Shown here: positions 49,496 to 58,131 of the stretch, one piece after another
Numbering within the stretch: the stretch's first letter is position 1
Layout of the letters: each line of letters begins with the position of its first letter
DNA from: Actinomycetes bacterium
GTDB lineage: Bacteria; Actinomycetota; Actinomycetes; S36-B12
Direction of reading: 5' to 3'
Assembly (NCBI GenBank): GCA_024641635.1
Contig: JAHECS010000001.1
Coordinates: 25,781-89,780, forward strand
Length of the DNA stretch: 64,000 bases
Notes under the pieces: generated by a model
Databases searched by the model: none
What the model was told of the DNA's origin: nothing
Seen by the model: only the letters and a program-made list of their open reading frames with translations
Made by a program: the position numbers and the translations under genes

Positions 49496-51984
49496 GAGGC
49501 GGACTCGACGACGCCGCGCCAGTGCGCCAGCAGCTGATGAGCCCCCGGCTGGTCCGAGGCCTCCGCGTACAGGGTGAGGCAGGCCTGGTCGTCCTCCGGC
49601 AGCACGAGGCACCAGCTCCCGTCGGGTCGCACGACGCGGACCCCGTCGAGGGTGTCGATCTCGGTTCCCTCAGCCTGACGGCGGACGGCGCGCATCGCGG
49701 CCGCGCGTCGATGCCACGGCACCGTGACGGTGTGCGAGATGACCGACGTGGCCGGGATCCGCGCGTTGAGCTCACTGAGGCTCATGTCGGTGTCCGCCAT
49801 GAGCGAGAGCAGCATCATCAGGGAGGACACGGCATCGGGACCCGGGCCGAGCGCCGGCAGCACGAAACGCCCGCGCCCGTCCCCTGCCAGGATCACGTCC
49901 GGCTCGACCGCCGCGGCGGCCAGGGCGGAGAAGCCGGCGCCGATCCGCCGGACCGCAGTGCCGTGGTAGGCGGCCACCTCCTCCGCGAGCCGACTCGTCG
50001 TCACCGGCACGGCCACGCAGCCGCTGTGCTTCGAGGCGGCCATCAGGTCCAGCATGATCAGCAGCATCCGGCCGTCGTCGATCACCCGTCCGAGCTCGTC
50101 CACGATGCTGAGCCGCTCGCCGATGGGGCCGATGCGCGCGCCGATCCGCGCGCCGGACGACACGACAAGACCGCTCAGCCGCCTCAGCGCGGCCTCACGG
50201 TGCTGCGGCGGGTCGGCGGCGCCGTCCTCCTCGAGAGCCGCTCCGACTGTCAACGCGTCCAGGCCCAGACGTCCCATGATCATCGACAGCACGACGACGG
50301 ACGGGCCACCGCCCGCGTCCAGGACGATCCGCGGGTGCGCGCGCCGGATCGCATCGAGGTTGATGACGGACTCCACGTCGTTCGCGTAGTCGTCGAGCAC
50401 GCGATGGGGAGTACGGATGTCGCCGATGTCCGACGGCAGCGGGCGCCGGAACTCCTTGCGCGTGAAGATCCGCTCGATGGACTCGCGCTGGTGACTGCTG
50501 ATCTCGCCGCCGTGCGCGTTGAGGAACAGGACATCCAGGCTGTCCGGACGACCCGGCGTGGTCCGCAGGATCACTCCCCCGTCGGAGTACCGGGCCGTGT
50601 CGTTCCGGACCAGCGCCGTCGTGACCGCACGGAGGTCACGCAGGTTGATCCCCGCCGCCGTCAGCGCCCCGGCAAGCGCGCGGTTGAGCGCACGTGCGGC
50701 ACGCGAGTGGTCGCGGCCGACCGTCACGGTGGCGCCCTTGGGCAGCGTTGTCGCGAACGCGGCCGCCAGCCGGACGATCCGCTCGGGAGTCATGTCGACG
50801 TTGACGATGCCTCGGACGCCGCTGTCGGAGAACACCTGGCGTTGCGAGGGCGACTCCCACACGACGGACTCGTCGACGACGGTGCCCTCGTCGATCGTCT
50901 TTCCCGGGTAGATCATGACGTCCGTGCCGATGACGGCCCCGTCCATGATCGTGCACCCGTCGGCGATCACGGCGCCCTCGAGGACTCGCGCGCCGGGCCG
51001 GACCTCGGACGCGCGGCCGACGATCGCCCCGCGCAGGTCGGCGTCGGTGCCGATGAAGACGTTGGGATGCAGCACCGTGTGATCGATGACGGCCCGAGAC
51101 CGGATGAGGGCGTTCGTTCCGATGACGGTGTAGGGGCCGATGACCGCATCCGCCTCGATCTTCGCGAAGGGCCCGATGTAGACCGGCGGCCGGACGTCCG
51201 CGTCGGGCGACAGTTCTGCGCCCGTCGCCACGAGCACGCCCGGCGAGACCTCGAACGCCTGGACGTCGCTGCGCACGCGACCGTCGAGGACGTCACGCTG
51301 CGCCGTCCCGTAGCTCGCGAACGTGCCGACGTCCTCCCAGTAGCCGTCCATCACGACCCCCATCACCCGACGACCACGAGCGAGGAGATCGGGGATCACG
51401 TCCTGGGCCCAGTCGCTCGGCTCATCGGCGGGGATCAGGTCGAGCACGCGCGGGTCGACGATGTAGACGCCGGTGTTCACCGTGTCGTCGGCCACCTCGC
51501 CCCAGCTGGGCTTCTCCACCACCGAGAGCACGCGTCCCTCGTCGTCCACGGAGACCACCCCGTAGCTGCGCGGATCGGCCCGGCGGGCCAGCGCGATCGT
51601 GAGGTCCGCGTCGCTGGCCTCGTGGTGCCGGCGCAGGGCGGCGAGGTCGATGTCGGTGAGGCAGTCGCCCGAGATGACCAGCACGTCCTCGTCGGCCAGC
51701 CACGCCTGTGCGTACCGCACGCTGCCCGCGGTTCCGAGGGGGCGGGGCTCGGTGAGGAAGCGCATCGCCACGCCCTCGACCCCGTCGGGGCTGAAGTACT
51801 TGAGGATGACACTGGCCTGGTGCTGCAGCGTGACGACGCAACGGTCCACCCCGTGCACGCCCAGCAGCCGCACCACCCGGGCAAGCATCGGCTCGCCCAC
51901 GATGGGCAGCAGCGCCTTGGGGACAGCGGTGGTCAGCGGACGCAGGCGGGTCCCCGCTCCCCCGGCCATCACCACAGCCTGCAT
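49492..51984 (-). CDS. fusion protein: sugar-1-phosphate nucleotidyltransferase + left-handed beta-helix + phosphohexomutase (PGM/PMM) domains
   Basis: N-terminal MAGGAGTRLRPLT..PKALLP (NTP transferase), hexapeptide-repeat middle region and a C-terminal alpha-D-phosphohexomutase-like region; 830 aa. ATG at 51984. Confidence 0.8.
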   Translation of the reverse strand: MQAVVMAGGAGTRLRPLTTAVPKALLPIVGEPMLARVVRLLGVHGVDRCVVTLQHQASVILKYFSPDGVEGVAMRFLTEPRPLGTAGSVRYAQAWLADEDVLVISGDCLTDIDLAALRRHHEASDADLTIALARRADPRSYGVVSVDDEGRVLSVVEKPSWGEVADDTVNTGVYIVDPRVLDLIPADEPSDWAQDVIPDLLARGRRVMGVVMDGYWEDVGTFASYGTAQRDVLDGRVRSDVQAFEVSPGVLVATGAELSPDADVRPPVYIGPFAKIEADAVIGPYTVIGTNALIRSRAVIDHTVLHPNVFIGTDADLRGAIVGRASEVRPGARVLEGAVIADGCTIMDGAVIGTDVMIYPGKTIDEGTVVDESVVWESPSQRQVFSDSGVRGIVNVDMTPERIVRLAAAFATTLPKGATVTVGRDHSRAARALNRALAGALTAAGINLRDLRAVTTALVRNDTARYSDGGVILRTTPGRPDSLDVLFLNAHGGEISSHQRESIERIFTRKEFRRPLPSDIGDIRTPHRVLDDYANDVESVINLDAIRRAHPRIVLDAGGGPSVVVLSMIMGRLGLDALTVGAALEEDGAADPPQHREAALRRLSGLVVSSGARIGARIGPIGERLSIVDELGRVIDDGRMLLIMLDLMAASKHSGCVAVPVTTSRLAEEVAAYHGTAVRRIGAGFSALAAAAVEPDVILAGDGRGRFVLPALGPGPDAVSSLMMLLSLMADTDMSLSELNARIPATSVISHTVTVPWHRRAAAMRAVRRQAEGTEIDTLDGVRVVRPDGSWCLVLPEDDQACLTLYAEASDQPGAHQLLAHWRGVVESAS

Positions 51985-51997
51985 GTCAGCCCCGTCG

Positions 51998-52576
51998 TCA
52001 CGTCGCTGCGCTGAGTGCGAGCGCCTGCTGTGCGTAGCGTATTCCGGCCCACCAGTAGAGGAAGGTCCCCCAGAGCGCGAACGCCCATCCGAACGCGGTC
52101 GCCGCGGCGCCGAAGGTCGGGATCCCGCCGAGAAGCAGCAGCGGGAACCCCCAGAGGAGGCAGAACGTCGCCGCCTTCCCGACGTACGTGACGGGCAGGG
52201 CAAGACGTCCCGCTCGCCGCAGCCGCGGCACCAGGGCCAGCAGGAACAGCTCGCGGGCGACGAGGACGGCGACCAGCCACCAAGGCACCAGCTCGCGCAG
52301 GGCGAGGCCGACGAGCGTGGCCGCGATGTACAGCCGGTCTGCCAACGGGTCGAGCAGGACGCCGAGGCGGCTGCGCTGGTCGAGCCGGCGAGCGAGATAG
52401 CCGTCCACCCAGTCCGAGGCGCCGGCCACGACGAGAAGGCAGAAGGCGGCCACGTCGGCCTGCGGCACGAGGACCAGCCACAGGAACACGGGGACGCCGA
52501 GCAGCCGAGCGAAGCTGAGGACGTTGGGCACCGTGAGGATCCGTGACGACAGCTCCTCCGGCCCGGGCTCGTTCAC
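51998..52576 (-). CDS. CDP-alcohol phosphatidyltransferase (PgsA/actinobacterial cardiolipin-synthase type)
   Basis: Motif DWVDGYLARRLDQRSRLGVLLDPLADR (D-x2-DG-x2-AR...G-x3-D-x3-D). The GTG at 52576 overlaps the upstream stop. Confidence 0.85.
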   Translation of the reverse strand: MNEPGPEELSSRILTVPNVLSFARLLGVPVFLWLVLVPQADVAAFCLLVVAGASDWVDGYLARRLDQRSRLGVLLDPLADRLYIAATLVGLALRELVPWWLVAVLVARELFLLALVPRLRRAGRLALPVTYVGKAATFCLLWGFPLLLLGGIPTFGAAATAFGWAFALWGTFLYWWAGIRYAQQALALSAAT

Positions 52577-53265
52577 GGCGCCTCCCCGTCGACCGGAACG
52601 CCAGCGACGTGCCGACCCCGTCCTCGACGGGGCCGCAGTGCAAGGACCAGCAGGAGCCCGCCGACCAGGAGGAACCCGCCACAGGCGATCGCGAAGGATC
52701 GGGTCCACGTGGCGACATCAGGAACCGAGAAGTCGACGCTCACGCTGATCGGCCCGCTGGGGATTCCCGACGGGTGCATGATCACGAGGGTGAGCGGCCG
52801 CTCGGCGGGCACGGCGATCGTCGGCCTCCGGCCCACGTCCTGGGCGATCCAGAAGTCCTGCTGCCGGGGCAGCGGCGCCACGGCCACGCCGGGCACCTCG
52901 CGCACCACCCAGTCCGAGCCATCTCGGAGAGCCACCGAGTACGGCACCCCTCGCAGGTACGCATCGACGCCCTCGGTGCTGCCCGCCCCGAGGAAGAGCG
53001 TGCTGGACGGGTCGGCGGGGTCGCCTGAGTCCACCGACAGGGACACGTCGCCGAAGGGCTCGAGGTACGGGACGGTCGCCTCGAACCGGTCGACATCGAC
53101 GATCGTCGCGCCCGAGTCAGGGGCCGGGGTGATGCTCCCCGCGTCGAAGCGCAGTCCGTTGTCCGGACCCAGGACCATGGCGACCCAGACGGCGGCGACG
53201 CCGGCGGCCAACCCGATCAGCAGCAGGACGCCAGCAAGCAGCCCGAGTACGACTCTTGTGGCCAC
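52573..53265 (-). CDS. hypothetical membrane-anchored protein (N- and C-terminal TM segments)
   Basis: TM at the N-terminus (VVLGLLAGVLLLIGLAAGVAAVWVAMVL) and near the C-terminus (FAIACGGFLLVGGLLLVLAL). No family recognised. First gene of the co-directional array. Confidence 0.55.
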   Translation of the reverse strand: MATRVVLGLLAGVLLLIGLAAGVAAVWVAMVLGPDNGLRFDAGSITPAPDSGATIVDVDRFEATVPYLEPFGDVSLSVDSGDPADPSSTLFLGAGSTEGVDAYLRGVPYSVALRDGSDWVVREVPGVAVAPLPRQQDFWIAQDVGRRPTIAVPAERPLTLVIMHPSGIPSGPISVSVDFSVPDVATWTRSFAIACGGFLLVGGLLLVLALRPRRGRGRHVAGVPVDGEAP

Positions 53266-53320
53266 GGTGTCCTTTCGACCGGCGTGCGTTGTGCTGCCAC
53301 GCTACAAGTGCGCGCCCCTC

Positions 53321-54067
53321 CTAGGCGCCAAGCACGAGGTACAGCGTGGCTCCGATGCCGATGAGGACCACCAGGCCCCGGAGCACCGAGGCCGGGAGCC
53401 TGCGCGCCAAGCGCCCTCCCACGTACCCGCCGGGCAGGGAACCGACGGCCAGTGCCAGCGCCGCCAGCCACACGACGGCCCCGCTCATCGCGAAGACCAC
53501 GGCGGCGGTGACGTTCGCACAGGCGGCGAGGATGTTCTTCGCGGCGTTGGATCGCTGGGGATCCGTGTCGTAGACGAGCCCCAGCGCCGCCATCAGCATG
53601 ACCCCCTGGGCCGCGCCGAAGTAGCCGCCGTAGATGCCGACGAGGCCGGTCCACGGCCACACGGCGTGCCGCCCGCGCACCCGGTGGCTGCGCACCGCGC
53701 GCCTCAGCAGGGGTTGCACCGCGACGAGGACGGTCGCGAGACCGACCAGCCAGGGCACGACGGCCGTGAAGACCCGGCTCGGCAGCGCCACCACGAGACT
53801 GGCACCCGCGGCGGCTCCCACGATGGTGGCCGCGATCGGGAGTGCGAGCCGACGCATCCGGTCGGCCAGCTCCTCGCGGTATGCCCAGGCCGAGGCGAAC
53901 GAGCCCGGTGACAGTCCCGTGGTGTTGGTGCCGTTCGCCGCGACAGGCGGGATCCCCGCTGCCAGGAGGGCCGGGTAGGTGATGAGCGTGCCTGACCCGA
54001 CAGCGGCGTTGATGGCGCCGCCGGCAAAGCCGGCGACGGCCAGCAGGAGGAAGGTGACCGGCTCCAC
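53321..54067 (-). CDS. TauE/SafE-family anion exporter-like permease
   Basis: FLLLAVAGFAGGAINAAVGSGTLITYPALLAAGIPPVAANGTN... and repeated TM pattern. GTG at 54067, 2 nt after the upstream stop. The upstream part of the track ORF overlaps the ABC gene. Confidence 0.8.
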   Translation of the reverse strand: MEPVTFLLLAVAGFAGGAINAAVGSGTLITYPALLAAGIPPVAANGTNTTGLSPGSFASAWAYREELADRMRRLALPIAATIVGAAAGASLVVALPSRVFTAVVPWLVGLATVLVAVQPLLRRAVRSHRVRGRHAVWPWTGLVGIYGGYFGAAQGVMLMAALGLVYDTDPQRSNAAKNILAACANVTAAVVFAMSGAVVWLAALALAVGSLPGGYVGGRLARRLPASVLRGLVVLIGIGATLYLVLGA

Positions 54068-54069
54068 GA

Positions 54070-54855
54070 TCAGGTCCGGAGCCGGGCGTGCCACCGGCCC
54101 GCCTCGCCGCGCACCATCAGCGGCAGCCCGAAGGCGGCGCTCAGATGCTCGTCGGTCATCACGTCGCCGATCTCCCCGGCCGTCACCACGCTTCCCGAGC
54201 GCAGCAGCAGGGCATGCGTGAACCCGGGCGGGATCTCCTCGACGTGATGCGTGACCAGCACGAGGGCCGGCGCCGAGGCGTCCGCCGCGAGCCGGCCCAT
54301 CCGTTGCACGAGATCCTCGCGTCCTCCGAGATCGAGGCCGGCTCCCGGCTCGTCGAGAAGCAGCAGCTCGGGATCCGCCATCAGGGACCTCGCGACGAGC
54401 GCTCGCTTGCGCTCGCCCTCCGACAGGGTGCCGAAGGTGCGCCCGGCGAGGGGACCCATCCCCCATTCGGCCAGGAGGAGCGTCGCCCGGGACCGATCAG
54501 CGTCCTCGTAGTGCTCGCGCCACCGTCCCGTGACCGACCAGGCGCCAGTCATGACGACATCGAGGACCGACTCCGACGCGGGGATGTCGACCGCCGTCGC
54601 ACTCGACGCCCACCCGATCCGCGGGCGCAGCTCGGAGAGGTCGACCGCCCCGAGCTCCTCGTCGAGGATGACGACCACACCGGACGTCGGGAACAGGCGG
54701 CCCGCAGCGAGCAGGAGCAGGGTGCTCTTCCCGGCCCCGTTCGGGCCCATGACGACCCAGCGCTGGCCCTCGCCCACGTCCAGGCTCACCCGGTCGAGCA
54801 GCAGGGAGGTCCCACGGCGTACCACCGCGTCCTGGATCCGCACGACGCTCGCCAC
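54070..54855 (-). CDS. ABC-transporter ATP-binding protein (stand-alone, ModF/YlmA-like)
   Basis: Walker A GPNGAGKSTLL, signature LSEGERKR, Walker B LLLLDEPGAGLD, H-loop VTHH. Confidence 0.85.
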   Translation of the reverse strand: MASVVRIQDAVVRRGTSLLLDRVSLDVGEGQRWVVMGPNGAGKSTLLLLAAGRLFPTSGVVVILDEELGAVDLSELRPRIGWASSATAVDIPASESVLDVVMTGAWSVTGRWREHYEDADRSRATLLLAEWGMGPLAGRTFGTLSEGERKRALVARSLMADPELLLLDEPGAGLDLGGREDLVQRMGRLAADASAPALVLVTHHVEEIPPGFTHALLLRSGSVVTAGEIGDVMTDEHLSAAFGLPLMVRGEAGRWHARLRT

Positions 54856-54907
54856 GGGGCCACCCTAGGCGCTGGCACGGTGGCCTCGGCACTAGCGTTG
54901 ACTCGTC

Positions 54908-56137
54908 ATGGACGACCAGAGGCGCACGCTGCTGATCACCCTCTCCGGCAACGACCGCCCGGGAGTCACCCGCCAGTTGTTCGCGACCCTCGACCACCAT
55001 CCGGTGAGCGTCCTGGACGTCGAGCAGCTCGTCGTGCGCGGACGGCTCATCCTGGCCGTGCTCGTCGAGGTCGGTGGCGACGACGACGCCGTCGCCGAGA
55101 CCCGGTCCGCCGTTCGACGTGTCGCCGCTGACCTGGACATGGACGTGGAGACGGTCCCCGGCGCAGCCGAGGACGACGAGCGCCGGCGCAACCGCATCCA
55201 CATCACCATGCTGGGCGCCCCCCTCACCCCCGGTGCTGTCGCAGCTGCCGCGGCGGAGATCGCGGATCGTGGCGGCAACATCGACCGCATCCGTCGGATC
55301 GCGTCCTATCCCGTGACGGCGATCGAGTTCCAGGGCTCGGGGGTCGCCGTCGAGGACGTCCGGCGTCCGCTCGCCGCCATCGCCGCGACGCACGGCGCGG
55401 ACATCGCCGTCCAGGAGGCCGGCCTGGACCGCCGTGGCCAGTACCTCGTCGTCATGGACGTCGACTCGACCTTCATCCAGGACGAGGTGATCGACCTGCT
55501 GGCCGAGGAGGCGGGAGTCCTGGCACAGGTCGCCGCGATCACCGAGCGCGCGATGGCCGGCGAGCTGGACTTCGAGCAGTCGCTGCGCGCGCGCGTCGCC
55601 CTGCTCGAGGGCCTGCCCGCCTCAGCCCTGGACCGCGTCCGCTCCCGGATCACCCTCACGCCGGGGGCCCGCACCCTCTGTCGCACCCTCACGCGCCTCG
55701 GCTACCGCATCGCCCTCGTGTCCGGCGGATTCACGGACATCATCGCCCCGATCGCGGCCGACCTCGGTGTGACCGACGTCCGCGCCAACGCCCTTGAGAT
55801 CGTCGACGGCCGGCTCACGGGGCGCGCCCTCGGCCCGGTCGTCGATCGACTCGGGAAGCGGGCCGCGCTCGAGGCGTTCGCCCGGCAGTACGCGATCCCG
55901 CCGCGGCGGACGATCGCCATCGGTGACGGCGCGAACGACATCGACATGCTGGAGGCAGCGGGCCTCGGCATCGCGTTCAACGCCAAGGCAGCCGCGCGGG
56001 ATGCGGCCGACACGGCCGTGAACGTGCCGTACCTCGACTCCGTGCTGTTCCTCATCGGCATCACCCGCGAGGAGATCGAGTCCGCGGACGCCCGCGACGG
56101 GCTCAACCCCTCGGGACCGCGAATTCCCGCACCCTGA
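54908..56137 (+). CDS. serB: phosphoserine phosphatase with N-terminal ACT domains
   Basis: Two ACT-like repeats followed by an HAD core (VVMDVDSTFIQDEVID, SGGF, GDGANDIDML). Confidence 0.9.
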   Translation: MDDQRRTLLITLSGNDRPGVTRQLFATLDHHPVSVLDVEQLVVRGRLILAVLVEVGGDDDAVAETRSAVRRVAADLDMDVETVPGAAEDDERRRNRIHITMLGAPLTPGAVAAAAAEIADRGGNIDRIRRIASYPVTAIEFQGSGVAVEDVRRPLAAIAATHGADIAVQEAGLDRRGQYLVVMDVDSTFIQDEVIDLLAEEAGVLAQVAAITERAMAGELDFEQSLRARVALLEGLPASALDRVRSRITLTPGARTLCRTLTRLGYRIALVSGGFTDIIAPIAADLGVTDVRANALEIVDGRLTGRALGPVVDRLGKRAALEAFARQYAIPPRRTIAIGDGANDIDMLEAAGLGIAFNAKAAARDAADTAVNVPYLDSVLFLIGITREEIESADARDGLNPSGPRIPAP

Positions 56138-56633
56138 ACGCCTGCGGCTGCATCGCGGCATCCGGCAGGGGGAGATCCGACTCGAGGACGGCTATCGCAC
56201 TCGTGGGGAACTTTGCGGTTGCCGCCGCCCTCCGATCGTCGGCCTCCGCCAGGGCGAGGATGAGCCCGACAAGGCCTGGGTTGTGGCCCACGAGGATGAC
56301 CGTCGACGCGTCGGTCGAGTGGTCGGCGACCACCTCGCCCAGGGTCTGCGACGAAGCTTCGTAGATGCGCGCCTCGTCGATCTCGACAGCCGAGGCCCAG
56401 CGGTCCGACAGCGACGGGCGGGCCAGTGACCAGGTCAGCTGGGCGCGCAGGGCCGTCGACACGAGGATCGCCGGCTCAGCACCGGGGGTCCAGGACACGT
56501 GTTCATCGACCCACGTCCCGATCAGGGGGGCGTCCCGACGACCGCGCTCGTTCAGGGGCCGGTCATGGTCGTCGACGCCCCAGGGGTAGTCGCTCTTGGC
56601 GTGGCGCACCAGGACGAGCGTCGAGGTTGCCAC
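56103..56633 (-). CDS. histidine phosphatase family protein (SixA-like)
   Basis: LVLVRHAKSD...RPLNERG and GHNP motifs. The GTG at 56633 shares its G with the inhA TAG stop. Confidence 0.8.
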   Translation of the reverse strand: MATSTLVLVRHAKSDYPWGVDDHDRPLNERGRRDAPLIGTWVDEHVSWTPGAEPAILVSTALRAQLTWSLARPSLSDRWASAVEIDEARIYEASSQTLGEVVADHSTDASTVILVGHNPGLVGLILALAEADDRRAAATAKFPTSAIAVLESDLPLPDAAMQPQAFRVREFAVPRG

Positions 56634-57400
56634 TACGCGCCCTGGGAGTGGACTCCGCCGTCGACATGCACGATCTCGCCCGTCGTCGCAGGGAACCAGT
56701 CCGACATCAGGGCCACGCATCCACGGGCCGCGGGCACCGCGTCGTCGAGGTCCCACGCCAGCGGGGCCCGGGTGGCCCACACCTCCTCGAAGTCGTCGAA
56801 CCCCGGGATGCTCTTGGCCGCCATGGTCCGGATGGGGCCCGCCGCCACAAGGTTCACCCTGATGCCGTCCGGCCCCAGGTCCCGTGCCAGGTAGCGCGCC
56901 GTGCTCTCGAAGGCCGCCTTCGCCACGCCCATCCAGTCGTACTTCGGCCACGCCACCGTGGCATCGAAGTCGAGACCGACCACGGCACTGCCAGGACCCA
57001 TGAGCGGGCGGGCCGCCATCGCGAGGGACTTGAGGGAGAACGCCGAGACCTGCACGGCAGTGCTCACGTCGGACCACTCGGTGTTCAGGAAGTTGCCGCC
57101 AAGCGCGCCCTCCGGCGCGAACCCGATCGAGTGCAGGACGGCGTCCAGCCCGTCGACATGCTCCCGCACGCGGTCAGCGAGCGCGGCGAGGTCATCGTCA
57201 TTCGTGACGTCGAGCTCGACGATCGGGGCGGGCTGCGGGAGCCGGCCCGACGACCGCTTCGTGAGACCCATGGTCCGGCCGAAGGAGGTGAGGATGACCG
57301 TCGCTCCCTCCTCCTGCGCGAGACGCGCCACGTGGAAGGCGATCGACTGGTCCGTGAGCACTCCCGTGACGAGCACGCGCTTGCCGTCCAGCAGCCCCAT
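56633..57400 (-). CDS. inhA: NADH-dependent enoyl-ACP reductase
   Basis: MGLLDGKRVLVTGV..SIAFH..., HSIGFAP, and YDWMGVAKAA (Y...K catalytic pair); 255 aa, immediately downstream of fabG as in mabA-inhA. Confidence 0.9.
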   Translation of the reverse strand: MGLLDGKRVLVTGVLTDQSIAFHVARLAQEEGATVILTSFGRTMGLTKRSSGRLPQPAPIVELDVTNDDDLAALADRVREHVDGLDAVLHSIGFAPEGALGGNFLNTEWSDVSTAVQVSAFSLKSLAMAARPLMGPGSAVVGLDFDATVAWPKYDWMGVAKAAFESTARYLARDLGPDGIRVNLVAAGPIRTMAAKSIPGFDDFEEVWATRAPLAWDLDDAVPAARGCVALMSDWFPATTGEIVHVDGGVHSQGA

Positions 57401-57432
57401 CGTTGCCTCCGTTCCGACGCGTCGCGTCGTCG

Positions 57433-58131
57433 TCAGTGCCCCATGCCCAGTCCGCCGTCGACCGGGATCACGGCACCCGTGATGTATGACGCCGAGGCGA
57501 GGAACGAGACCACGTCCGCGATCTCGGCCGCCTGAGCATAGCGACCGAGCGGGATCCCGCCGAGGATCGCCGACTGCTGCGACTCGCTCAGCTGGGCCGT
57601 CATGTCCGTCTCGACGAAGCCGGGTGCCACGACGTTCACGGTGATGCCGCGTGACCCCACCTCCCGGGCCAGCGAGCGTGCCGCGCCCACGAGACCGGCC
57701 TTGGACGCTGCGTAGTTGACCTGGCCAGCCGAGCCGAGGGCCCACACCACCGAGCCGACGAAGACGATGCGACCCGACTTCGCGCGAATCATCCCCTTCA
57801 TGGCCCGGCGAGCGAGTCGGATGGACCCCGCGAGGTTGGTCTGGAGCACGAGGTCGATGTCCTCGTCCGTCATCCGCATGAGCAGCGTGTCGCGAGTGAC
57901 CCCGGCGTTCGCCACCAGCAGGCCGACCGGTCCGAATCGCTCCTCGATGTCGGCGAACGCGCTGTCGATCGACTCGGGCGAGCTCACGTCGAGGCGGACG
58001 GCGTCGAGCCCGTCGGGCGCCTCACCCGACCGGGAGCCGACAACGACGCTGAACCCGTCGTCACGCAGCCGCAAGGCCGTCGCCAGCCCGATCCCACGGT
58101 TCCCCCCGGTGACCAGTGCGATGCCATTCAT
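57433..58131 (-). CDS. fabG: 3-oxoacyl-ACP reductase (MabA/FabG1-like)
   Basis: ALVTGGNRGIG, NAG and YAASKAG SDR motifs; 232 aa. Confidence 0.9.
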   Translation of the reverse strand: MNGIALVTGGNRGIGLATALRLRDDGFSVVVGSRSGEAPDGLDAVRLDVSSPESIDSAFADIEERFGPVGLLVANAGVTRDTLLMRMTDEDIDLVLQTNLAGSIRLARRAMKGMIRAKSGRIVFVGSVVWALGSAGQVNYAASKAGLVGAARSLAREVGSRGITVNVVAPGFVETDMTAQLSESQQSAILGGIPLGRYAQAAEIADVVSFLASASYITGAVIPVDGGLGMGH

